A DNA stretch of 64,000 bases from Balanoglossus misakiensis. Lineage: Eukaryota; Animalia; Hemichordata. Location of the stretch: assembly GCA_040954595.2 (NCBI GenBank), contig CM082585.2:6535808-6599807 (forward strand), given 5' to 3'. Below the pieces are notes generated by a model. It was not told the DNA's origin. It saw nothing but the letters and a program-made list of their open reading frames with translations, and did no database searches. Both the position numbers and the translations under genes were made by a program. Positions 27,213 to 40,019 of the stretch are shown in pieces; the stretch's first letter is position 1, and every line of letters starts with the position of its first letter.

Positions 27213-27639
27213 AAGGCAGAAAAACGTAAGAACCACGATTTTTGTTAAGAACCCCGGCCACGTGTATAAATTCCTATCTAAGAACCTTGATGATGTCGGA
27301 GAGATAAATTACAATAATTGTTAATTAATAATGAGAAATTATCGTCGCATGGACTAAAAATATGACTTTAAAAGCTAGTAGCGCAGCCAGCGGTGGGATT
27401 GGGACAGGGAACCAGACTACTGCACCGATAGAAAGTAATCCGCGAACGAGGCTGGAAAGCCTGACTTCTTGGTATGCTAATTCAGATAAAAATGGCTCCT
27501 CGTTAGGAAGGCACGTCGTGTTAAGACTTCGCCGACTTAGTCTGTGTTTTTAATTATTTACTGTGAAGGGCATGCTGTGATACTTGTGTCAGACACTATT
27601 ATTAGAACCATCGTCCGCTCGCACGTGTTCGTTCGTTTG

Positions 27640-28087
27640 TAACATTCTCCCATTTTTCGGAGAGCAAAATCTTGGCTATGCCACGCAGAGCTAGACATTG
27701 GCGGGCGGGGGCTGAGATGTAGCAAAACTCAGCGTTTTCTACTGGGACAGTTGTACTCTGGGCACCGTACTCCTCACGGGATCTGATTCACTCAGATCAG
27801 TACACGTCCTAGTGGTTAATGCCGCATCAGTTCCATAAGGGGTGACCATTTTAGACATGACAGGTTAACATTCTTCTAATTTTTCGGAGAGCAAAACCTT
27901 GGCTATGCCAGGCAGACCTTGGCGGGCATGGGCGGAGATGTAGCAAAACTCGGCGTTTTCTACTGGGACAGTTGTACTCTGGGCACCGTACTCCTCACGG
28001 GATCTGATTCACTCAGATCAGTACACATCCTAGTGTTAATGCCGCATCAGTTCCATAAGGGGTGACCATTTTAGACGTGACAGGTTA
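27640..28087. repeat. Two-copy tandem duplication of a ~225-bp unit
   Basis: 27640-27867 and 27868-28087 align over their whole length, e.g. tactgggacagttgtactctgggcaccgtactcctcacgggatctgattcactcagatcagtacac. Confidence 0.9.
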
Positions 28088-28569
28088 TTGTTAAATAGTA
28101 CACGGCATGCCATTTTATTGAGGTTTGGGCATGAATTGTTTGTAAGCGTGGGACAGAACTGGGTCAGGGCAGAAAATTACAATACTAGTTGGGCACAACA
28201 TTTTATTAAGTCATGTTACAGAGGTTGGGGTGGGAACCATGACATATTGTTAATGCCTACAGTAACCTACAGAACTAGGGCATCATATTATCACGAAGTA
28301 GTATAAAGCAAGGAGTTGGCAGACATTTTATTAATAATATATTACCATGCAAGTACATGGTGAGGGATAAGATTTACATGTTATTTAGTACATGAATAGT
28401 ACAGAACTTGGGGGCATTAACATTTTATTGTCAGTCAAAGTACAAAACTAGGTGAGGGTATGACATTTTATTGTATATCATAGTCAAAACTGGAGAAAGG
28501 CATGACCTTATTTTGTCAGGCATAAAATAGAACTAGGGGAGGGTATGACATAGTTTAAAAAAACAAAGG

Positions 28570-31500
28570 GAGGGCTTGGCATTTTATTGTCAGTCATTAC
28601 ACAGATCTAGGGGAGGGGAGGGCTTGGCATTGTATTGTCAGTCATTACACAGATCTAGGGGAGGGGAGGGATTGGCATTTTATTGTCAGTCATTACACAG
28701 ATCTAGGGGAGGGTAGGGATTGACATTTTATTGTCAGTCATTACACAGATCTAGGGGAGGGGAGGGCTTGGCATTTTATTGTCAGTCATTACACAGATCT
28801 AGGGGAGGGGAGGGGAGGGCTTGACATTTTATTGTCAGTCATTACACAGATCTAGGGGAGGGGAAGGCTTGGCATTTTATTGTCAGTCATTACACAGATC
28901 TAGGGGAGGGGAGGGATTGACATTTTATTGTCAGTCATTACACAGATCTAGGGGAGGGGAGGGATTGACATTTTATTGTCAGTCATTACACAGATCTAGG
29001 GGAGGGGAGGGATTGACATTTTATTGTCAGTCATTACACAGATCTAGGGGAGGGATTGACATTTTATTGTCAGTCATACAGATCTAGGGGAGGGGAGGGA
29101 TTGACATTTTATTGTCAGTCATACAGATCTAGGGGAGGGGAGGGATTGACATTTTATTGTCAGGCATACAGATCTAGGGGAGGGGAGGGATTGACATTTT
29201 ATTGTCAGTCATACAGATCTAGGGGAGAGAGGGATTGACATTTTATTGTCAGTCATTATACAGATCTAGGGGAGGGGAGGGATTGACATTTTATTGTCAG
29301 TCATTATACAGATCTAGGCGAGGGGAGGGCTTGACATTTTATTGTCAGTCATTACACAGATCTAGGGGAGGGGAGGGATTGGCATTTTATTGTCAGTCAT
29401 TACACAGATCTAGGGGAGGGGAGGGATTGACATTTTATTGTCAGTCATTACACAGATCTAGGGGAGGGGAGGGATTGACATTTTATTGTCAGTCATTACA
29501 CAGATCTAGGGGAGGGGAGGGATTGACATTTTATTGTCAGTCATACAGATCTAGGGGAGGGGAGGGATTGACATTTTATTGTCAGGCATACAGATCTAGG
29601 GGAGGGGAGGGATTGACATTTTATTGTCAGTCATACAGATCTAGGGGAGAGAGGGATTGACATTTTATTGTCAGTCATTATACAGATCTAGGGGAGGGGA
29701 GGGATTGACATTTTATTGTCAGTCATTATACAGATCTAGGCGAGGGGAGGGCTTGACATTTTATTGTCAGTCATTACACAGATCTAGGGGAGGGGAGGGA
29801 TTGGCATTTTATTGTCAGTCATTACACAGATCTAGGGGAGGGTAGGGATTGACATTTTATTGTCAGTCATTACACAGATCTAGGGGAGGGGACGGCTTGG
29901 CATTTTATTGACAGTCATTACACAGATCTAGGGGAGGGTAGGGCTTGACATTTTATTGTCAGTCATTATACAGATCTAGGGGAGGGTAGGGCTTGACATT
30001 TTATTGTCAGTCATTACACTGATCTAGGGGAGGGGAGGGATTGACATTTTATTGTCAGTCATTATACAGATCTAGGGGAGGGGAGGGCTTGACATTTTAT
30101 TGTCAGTCATTACACAGATCTAGGGGAGGGGAGGGCTTGGCATTTTATTGACAGTCATTACACAGATCTAGGGGAGGGTAGGGCTTGGCATTTTATTGAC
30201 AGTCATTATACAGATCTAGGGGAGGGTAGGGCTTGACATTTTATTGTCAGTCATTATACAGATCTAGGGGAGGGGAGGGATTGACATTTTATTGTCAGTC
30301 ATACAGATCTAGGCGAGGCGAGGGCTTGACATTTTATTGTCAGTCATTACACAGATCTAGGGGAGGGGAGGGATTGGCATTTTATTGTCAGTCATTACAC
30401 AGATCTAGGGGAGGGTAGGGATTGACATTTTATTGACAGTCATTACACAGATCTAGGGGAGGGGAGGGCTTGGCATTTTATTGACAGTCATTACACAGAT
30501 CTAGGGGAGGGGAGGGCTTGGCATTTTATTGACAGTCATTATACAGATCTAGGGGAGGGTAGGGCTTGACATTTTATTGTCAGTCATTACACTGATCTAG
30601 GGGAGGGGAGGGATTGACATTTTATTGTCAGTCATTATACAGATCTAGGGGAGGGGAGGGATTGACATTTTATTGTCAGTCATTATACAGATCTAGGGGA
30701 GGGGAGGGCTTGACATTTTATTGTCAGTCATTACACAGATCTAGGGGAAGGGAGGGCTTGACATTTTATTGTCAGTCATTACACAGATCTAGGGGAGGGT
30801 AGGGATTGACATTTTATTGTCAGTCATTACACAGATCTAGGGGAGGGGAGGGCTTGGCATTTTATTATCAGTCATTATACAGATCTAGGGGAGGGTAGGG
30901 CTTGACATTTTATTGTCAGTCATTACACAGATCTAGGGGAGTGGAGGGCTTGGCATTTTATTGTCAGCCATTACACAGATCTAGGGGAGGGTAGGGCTTG
31001 GCATTTTATTGTCAGTCATTATACAGATCTAGGGGAGGGATTGACATTTTATTGTCAGTCATTACACAGATCTAGGGGAGTGGAGGGCTTGGCATTTTAT
31101 TGTCAGCCATTACACAGATCTAGGGGAGGGTAGGGCTTGGCATTTTATTGTCAGTCATTATACAGATCTAGGGGAGGGATTGACATTTTATTGTCAGTCA
31201 TTACACAGATCTAGGGGAGGGGAGGGATTGACATTTTATTGTCAGTCATTACACAGATCTAGGGGAGGGGAGGGATTGACATTTTATTGTCAGTCATTAC
31301 ACAGATCTAGGGGAGGGGAGGGATTGACATTTTATTGTCAGTCATACAGATCTAGGGGAGGGGAGGGATTGACATTTTATTGTCAGTCATACAGATCTAG
31401 GGGAGGGGAGGGATTGACATTTTATTGTCAGGCATACAGATCTAGGGGAGGGGAGGGATTGACATTTTATTGTCAGTCATACAGATCTAGGGGAGAGAGG

Positions 31501-34500
31501 GATTGACATTTTATTGTCAGTCATTATACAGATCTAGGGGAGGGGAGGGATTGACATTTTATTGTCAGTCATTATACAGATCTAGGGGAGGGTAGGGCTT
31601 GGCATTTTATTGTCAGTCATTATACAGATCTAGGGTAGGGCTTGACATTTTATTGTCAGTCATTACACAGATCTAGGGGAGTGGAGGGCTTGGCATTTTA
31701 TTGTCAGCCATTACACAGATCTAGGGGAGGGTAGGGCTTGGCATTTTATTGTCAGTCATTATACAGATCTAGGGGAGGGATTGACATTTTATTGTCAGTC
31801 ATTACACAGATCTAGGGGAGGGGAGGGATTGACATTTTATTGTCAGTCATTACACAGATCTAGGGGAGGGGAGGGATTGACATTTTATTGTCAGTCATTA
31901 CACAGATCTAGGGAAGGGGAGGGATTGACATTTTATTGTCAGTCATACAGATCTAGGGGAGGGGAGGGATTGACATTTTATTGTCAGTCATACAGATCTA
32001 GGGGAGGGGAGGGATTGACATTTTATTGTCAGGCATACAGATCTAGGGGAGGGGAGGGATTGACATTTTATTGTCAGTCATACAGATCTAGGGGAGAGAG
32101 GGATTGACATTTTATTGTCAGTCATTATACAGATCTAGGGGAGGGGAGGGATTGACATTTTATTGTCAGTCATTATACAGATCTAGGCGAGGGGAGGGCT
32201 TGACATTTTATTGTCAGTCATTACACAGATCTAGGGGAGGGGAGGGATTGGCATTTTATTGTCAGTCATTACACAGATCTAGGGGAGGGTAGGGATTGAC
32301 ATTTTATTGACAGTCATTACACAGATCTAGGGGAGGGGAGGGCTTGGCATTTTATTGACAGTCATTATACAGATCTAGGGGAGGGTAGGGCTTGACATTT
32401 TATTGTCAGTCATTACACTGATCTAGGGGAGGGGAGGGATTGACATTTTATTGTCAGTCATTATACAGATCTAGGGGAGGGGAGGGCTTGACATTTTATT
32501 GTCAGTCATTACACAGATCTAGGGGAAGGGAGGGCTTGACATTTTATTGTCAGTCATTACACAGATCTAGGGGAGGGGAGGGCTTGACATTTTATTGACA
32601 GTCATTACACAGATCTAGGGGAGGGGAGGGCTTGGCATTTTATTGACAGTCATTATACAGATCTAGGGGAGGGTAGGGCTTGGCCTTTTATTGTCAGTCA
32701 TTATACAGATCTAGGGGAGGGATTGTCATTTTATTGTCAGTCATTACACAGATCTAGGGGAGGGGAGGGATTGACATTTTATTGTCAGTCATTACACAGA
32801 TCTAGGGGAGGGGAGGGATTGACATTTTATTGTCAGTCATACAGATCTAGGGGAGGGGAGGGATTGACATTTTATTGTCAGTCATACAGATCTAGGGGAG
32901 GGGAGGGATTGACATTTTATTGTCTGTCATTATACAGATCTAGGGGAGGGGAGGGATTGACATTTTATTGTCAGTCATTACACAGATCTAGGGGAGGGGA
33001 GGGATTGACATTTTATTGTCAGTCATACAGATCTAGGGGAGGGGAGGGATTGACATTTTATTGTCAGTCATACAGATCTAGGGGAGGGGAGGGATTGGCA
33101 TTTTATTATCAGTCATTATACAGATCTAGGGGAAGGGAGGGCTTGACATTTTATTGTCAGTCATTACACAGATCTAGGGGAGGGTAGGGATTGACATTTT
33201 ATTGTCAGTCATTATACAGATCTAGGGGAGGGATTGACATTTTATTGTCAGTCATTACACAGATCTAGGGGAGGGGAGGGATTGACATTTTATTGTCAGC
33301 CATTACACAGATCTAGGGGAGGGTAGGGCTTGGCATTTTATTGTCAGTCATTATACAGATCTAGGGGAGGGATTGACATTTTATTGTCAGTCATTACACA
33401 GATCTAGGGGAGGGGAGGGATTGACATTTTATTGTCAGTCATTACACAGATCTAGGGGAGGGGAGGGATTGACATTTTATTGTCAGTCATTACACAGATC
33501 TAGGGGAGGGGAGGGATTGACATTTTATTGTCAGTCATACAGATCTAGGGGAGGGGAGGGATTGACATTTTATTGTCAGTCATACAGATCTAGGGGAGGG
33601 GAGGGATTGACATTTTATTGTCAGGCATACAGATCTAGGGGAGGGGAGGGATTGACATTTTATTGTCAGTCATACAGATCTAGGGGAGAGAGGGATTGAC
33701 ATTTTATTGTCAGTCATTATACAGATCTAGGGGAGGGGAGGGATTGACATTTTATTGTCAGTCATTATACAGATCTAGGCGAGGGGAGGGCTTGACATTT
33801 TATTGTCAGTCATTACACAGATCTAGGGGAGGGGAGGGATTGGCATTTTATTGTCAGTCATTACACAGATCTAGGGGAGGGTAGGGATTGACATTTTATT
33901 GACAGTCATTACACAGATCTAGGGGAGGGGAGGGCTTGGCATTTTATTGACAGTCATTATACAGATCTAGGGGAGGGGAGGGATTGACATTTTATTGTCA
34001 GTCATTACACTGATCTAGGGGAGGGGAGGGATTGACATTTTATTGTCAGTCATTATACAGATCTAGGGGAGGGGAGGGCTTGACATTTTATTGTCAGTCA
34101 TTACACAGATCTAGGCGAGGGGAGGGCTTGACATTTTATTGTCAGTCATTACACAGATCTAGGGGAGGGTAGGGATTGACATTTTATTGACAGTCATTAC
34201 ACAGATCTAGGGGAGGGTAGGGCTTGGCATTTTATTGTCAGTCATTACACAGATCTAGGGGAGGGTAGGGCTTGGCATTTTATTGTCAGTCATTACACAG
34301 ATCTAGGGGAAGGGAGGGCTTGACATTTTATTGTCAGTCATTACACAGATCTAGGGGAGGGGAGGGCTTGGCATTTTATTGACAGTCATTATACAGATCT
34401 AGGGGAGGGTAGGGCTTGGCATTTTATTGTCAGTCATTATACAGATCTAGGGGAGGGTAGGGATTGACATTTTATTGACAGTCATTACACAGATCTAGGG

Positions 34501-37500
34501 GAGGGTAGGGCTTGGCATTTTATTGTCAGTCATTACACAGATCTAGGGGAAGGGAGGGCTTGACATTTTATTGTCAGTCATTACACAGATCTAGGGGAAG
34601 GGAGGGCTTGACATTTTATTGTCAGTCATTACACAGATCTAGGGGAGGGGAGGGCTTGGCATTTTATTGACAGTCATTATACAGATCTAGGGGAGGGTAG
34701 GGCTTGGCATTTTATTGTCAGTCATTATACAGATCTAGGGGAGGGATTGTCATTTTATTGTCAGTCATTACACAGATCTAGGGGAGGGGAGGGATTGACA
34801 TTTTATTGTCAGTCATTACACAGATCTAGGGGAGGGGAGGGATTGACATTTTATTGTCAGTCATACAGATCTAGGGGAGGGGAGGGATTGACATTTTATT
34901 GTCAGTCATACAGATCTAGGGGAGGGGAGGGATTGACATTTTATTGTCTGTCATTATACAGATCTAGGGGAGGGGAGGGATTGACATTTTATTGTCAGTC
35001 ATTACACAGATCTAGGGGAGGGGAGGGATTGACATTTTATTGTCAGTCATACAGATCTAGGGGAGGGGAGGGATTGACATTTTATTGTCAGTCATACAGA
35101 TCTAGGGGAGGGGAGGGATTGACATTTTATTGTCAGTCATACAGATCTAGGGGAGGGGAGGGATTGACATTTTATTGTCAGTCATTACACAGATCTAGGG
35201 GAAGGGAGGGCTTGACATTTTATTGTCAGTCATTATACAGATCTAGGGGAGGGGAGGGCTTGACATTTTATTGTCAGTCATTACACAGATCTAGGGGAGG
35301 GGAGGGATTGACATTTTATTGTCAGTCATTACACAGATCTAGGGGAGGGTAGGGATTGACATTTTATTGTCAGTCATTACACAGATCTAGGGGAGGGGAG
35401 GGCTTGGCATTTTATTGACAGTCATTATACAGATCTAGGGGAGGGTAGGGCTTGACATTTTATTGTCAGTCATTACACTGATCTAGGGGAGGGGAGGGCT
35501 TGGCATTTTATTATCAGTCATTATACAGATCTAGGCGAGGGGAGGGCTTGACATTTTATTGTCAGTCATTATACAGATCTAGGGGAGGGGAGGGATTGAC
35601 ATTTTATTGTCAGTCATACAGATCTAGGGGAGGGGAGGGATTGACATTTTATTGTCAGTCATTACACAGATCTAGGGGAGGGGAGGGATTGACATTTTAT
35701 TGTCAGTCATTACACAGATCTAGGGGAGGGGAGGGATTGACATTTTATTGTCAGTCATTACACAGATCTAGGGGAGGGGAGGGATTGACATTTTATTGTC
35801 AGTCATACAGATCTAGGGGAGGGGAGGGATTGACATTTTATTGTCAGTCATTACACAGATCTAGGCGAGGGGAGGGCTTGACATTTAATTGTCAGTCATT
35901 ATACAGATCTAGGGGAGGGGAGGGATTGACATTTTATTGTCAGTCATTACACAGATCTAGGGGAGGGGAGGGATTGACATTTTATTGTCAGTCATACAGA
36001 TCTAGGGGAGGGGAGGGATTGACATTTTATTGTCAGTCATACAGATCTAGGGGAGGGGAGGGATTGACATTTTATTGTCAGTCATTATACAGATCTAGGG
36101 GAGGGGAGGGCTTGACATTTTATTGTCAGTCATTACACAGATCTAGGGGAAGGGAGGGCTTGACATTTTATTGTCAGTCATTACACAGATCTAGGGGAGG
36201 GGAGGGATTGACATTTTATTGTCAGTCATTACACAGATCTAGGGGAGGGGAGGGATTGGCATTTTATTGACAGTCATTATACAGATCTAGGGGAGGGTAG
36301 GGCTTGACATTTTATTGTCAGTCATTACACAGATCTAGGGGAGTGGAGGGCTTGGCATTTTATTGTCAGTCATTACACAGATCTAGGGGAGGGGAGGGCT
36401 TGGCATTTTATTGACAGTCATTATACAGATCTAGGGGAGGGTAGGGCTTGACATTTTATTGTCAGTCATTACACAGATCTAGGGGAAGGGAGGGCTTGAC
36501 ATTTTATTGTCAGTCATTACACAGATCTAGGGGAGGGTAGGGATTGACATTTTATTGTCAGTCATTACACAGATCTAGGGGAGGGGAGGGCTTGGCATTT
36601 TATTGACAGTCATTATACAGATCTAGGGGAGGGTAGGGCTTGACATTTTATTGTCAGTCATTACACAGATCTAGGGGAGTGGAGGGCTTGGCATTTTATT
36701 GTCAGTCATTACACAGATCTAGGGGAGGGTAGGGCTTGACATTTTATTGTCAGTCATTACACAGATCTAGGGGATGGTAGGGCTTGGCATTTTATTGTCA
36801 GTCATTATACAGATCTAGGGGAGGGATTGACATTTTATTGTCAGTCATTACACAGATCTAGGGGAGGGGAGGGATTGACATTTTATTGTCAGTCATTACA
36901 CAGATCTAGGGGAGGGGAGGGATTGACATTTTATTGTCAGTCATTACACAGATCTAGGGGAGGGGAGGGATTGACATTTTATTGTCAGTCATTACACAGA
37001 TCTAGGGGAGGGGAGGGATTGACATTTTATTGTCAGTCATTACACAGATCTAGGGGAGGGGAGGGATTGACATTTTATTGTCAGTCATACAGATCTAGGG
37101 GAGGGGAGGGATTGACATTTTATTGTCTGTCATTATACAGATCTAGGGGAGGGGAGGGATTGACATTTTATTGTCAGTCATTACACAGATCTAGGGGAGG
37201 GGAGGGATTGACATTTTATTGTCAGTCATACAGATCTAGGGGAGGGGAGGGATTGACATTTTATTGTCAGTCATACAGATCTAGGGGAGGGGAGGGATTG
37301 ACATTTTATTGTCATTATACAGATCTAGGGGAGGGTAGGGCTTGACATTTTATTGTCAGTCATTACACAGATCTAGGGGAAGGGAGGGCTTGACATTTTA
37401 TTGTCAGTCATTACACAGATCTAGGGGAGGGTAGGGATTGACATTTTATTGTCAGTCATTACACAGATCTAGGGGAGGGGAGGGCTTGGCATTTTATTGA

Positions 37501-38680
37501 CAGTCATTATACAGATCTAGGGGAGGGTAGGGCTTGACATTTTATTGTCAGTCATTACACAGATCTAGGGGAGTGGAGGGCTTGGCATTTTATTGTCAGT
37601 CATTACACAGATCTAGGGGAGGGTAGGGCTTGACATTTTATTGTCAGTCATTACACAGATCTAGGGGAGGGGAGGGCTTGACATTTTATTGTCAGTCATT
37701 ACACAGATCTAGGGGAAGGGAGGGCTTGACATTTTATTGTCAGTCATTACACAGATCTAGGGGAGGGTAGGGATTGACATTTTATTGTCAGTCATTACAC
37801 AGATCTAGGGGAGGGGAGGGCTTGGCATTTTATTGACAGTCATTATACAGATCTAGGGGAGGGTAGGGCTTGACATTTTATTGTCAGTCATTACACAGAT
37901 CTAGGGGAGTGGAGGGCTTGGCATTTTATTGTCAGTCATTACACAGATCTAGGGGAGGGTAGGGCTTGACATTTTATTGTCAGTCATTACACAGATCTAG
38001 GGGAGTGGAGGGCTTGGCATTTTATTGTCAGCCATTACACAGATCTAGGGGATGGTAGGGCTTGGCATTTTATTGTCAGTCATTATACAGATCTAGGGGA
38101 GGGATTGACATTTTATTGTCAGTCATTACACAGATCTAGGGGAGGGGAGGGATTGACATTTTATTGTCAGTCATTACACAGATCTAGGGGAGGGGAGGGA
38201 TTGACATTTTATTGTCAGTCATTACACAGATCTAGGGGAGGGGAGGGATTGACATTTTATTGTCAGTCATTACACAGATCTAGGGGAGGGGAGGGATTGA
38301 CATTTTATTGTCAGTCATTACACAGATCTAGGGGAGGGGAGGGATTGACATTTTATTGTCAGTCATACAGATCTAGGGGAGGGGAGGGATTGACATTTTA
38401 TTGTCTGTCATTATACAGATCTAGGGGAGGGGAGGGATTGACATTTTATTGTCAGTCATTACACAGATCTAGGGGAGGGGAGGGATTGACATTTTATTGT
38501 CAGTCATACAGATCTAGGGGAGGGGAGGGATTGACATTTTATTGTCAGTCATACAGATCTAGGGGAGGGGAGGGATTGACATTTTATTGTCAGGCATACA
38601 GATCTAGGGGAGGGGAGGGATTGACATTTTATTGTCAGTCATACAGATCTAGGGGAGGGGAGGGCTTCACATTTTATTGT
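28570..38680. repeat. ~10.1 kb tandem satellite/minisatellite, 48-bp unit with 45- and 43-bp variants, roughly 215 copies
   Basis: Consensus TTGACATTTTATTGTCAGTCATTACACAGATCTAGGGGAGGGGAGGGA, head-to-tail with no unique spacers and a BglII site (AGATCT) in almost every unit. Confidence 0.98.
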
Positions 38681-38777
38681 CAAAGTACAACAAGGGCAGG
38701 GTATGACATGGGTGGTGGTGTCAGTGGATATTGTACATGTATGTACATACCGGTATAAAAATGGTGTATTTCATCAG

Positions 38778-38921
38778 TAGTGTTCTCCCCAGAGCAATTA
38801 AAGTGTAGTGGCCACTACTTCTTATTTTTAGAAGACAATAGAACTTAATCAACATGAGAATTGTTTACATTGTTATGGATATAAGCAGTTATGCTATCAG
38901 AAATACCTGGGGAGAACACTG
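38778..38921. mobile_element. hAT-like MITE
   Basis: TAGTGTTCTCCCCAG ... CTGGGGAGAACACTG inverted ends. A related degenerate copy lies at ~12618-12720. No clear target-site duplication. Confidence 0.6.
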
Positions 38922-40019
38922 ATCAGTGATTTTGTATTCAGGAATTTTCAGCTGTAAAAAGTGACCCTCTCCCAAAGATTGGGTTGAATGCGCTATTCCA
39001 AAATTAGATTCTGCTTTAATAGTTATTCATTGAGTATTTACTTGAATTACTTCTAATTTTAGTGGCGTGGTTATTTATCCCCAATTGACGGAAATATCAT
39101 AATAGGTACTGGTTTTCACATGTAATACAACCTTTTAAAACTATATTTGTGTAGCAGCCTATAATTTCAAATGAGACAGCTACAAATGAGATAAAAATGA
39201 TTGATTATATGTCATAATACAGTTTATGTGAGACCCCCTAGGAATGGCTTGGTGTTTTTCTTCTGCCTTGATTGCTGTTTGTGTGTTAGGAGGGCATTTT
39301 TTGCATGGATGATGATGTTGCTTTCGTCGGTAGTTGTCGTAGGCAGAGGCGAAGTCATGTACTTTGTTGAGGAGGTTTTTTCGCTAATATCACCATGGGC
39401 TGGGTAATTTCTGACGCTTTAGGTTATTACAGAAAGGTAAAAACAGAGACTTTGTCCCTTTAACTGACACTTACCAAGCAGAATAACAACAAAGCTTATC
39501 CTAAATGGTGCGGAAATTGATGAACAAAGCACGGATATAATAAACACGTACTATTTGGGGATAACGATAATTGCATATGATTAAATTGTGGACAAAATGA
39601 GTAGTAAATTTGTTGAACATGCTGTGAATAAAGTCATTCTACCGTTGTTTAAACAAAAAAATATGACGAAAACAGCAGATACGTATTACGTATGTAGACT
39701 TTCAATTAATCAACATTTATCACAAATAGGTTCCAATAGTGTTGAAAAAGAAAATTACAGGATTTAACATTTTAATATTTGGAAATAATATTACATGTAA
39801 TCATGTTATCCATTTAATACAATCTTTTAAACTAATTTGTGCATGAGTTAACTTGCGTACCATTTCCAGTCGTTAAGACTTCAAACACAAATGATTGATT
39901 GTAAATACCATTGGACGATTGCAGTAACCAATAAAAAAGAGAATAGTTTAGGTACTTCCGGCTGCGGGATTTAAATAGTCATAAATTGTCGAAAGAAATT
40001 CATACAGCCAGCTTCAATC

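Noticed and set aside
27640-28087. Hammerhead ribozyme or retrozyme dimer
   Set aside because: No CTGATGA...GAAA core in the right arrangement on either strand.
28570-38680. CRISPR-like array or repeat-protein gene (ORFs of LTFYCQSLHRSRGGEG up to 256 aa)
   Set aside because: Units are head-to-tail with no unique spacers, there are no cas genes, and the context is eukaryotic. The ORFs arise because 48 and 45 are multiples of three; they start at TTG and are broken by frequent stop variants and 43-bp units.
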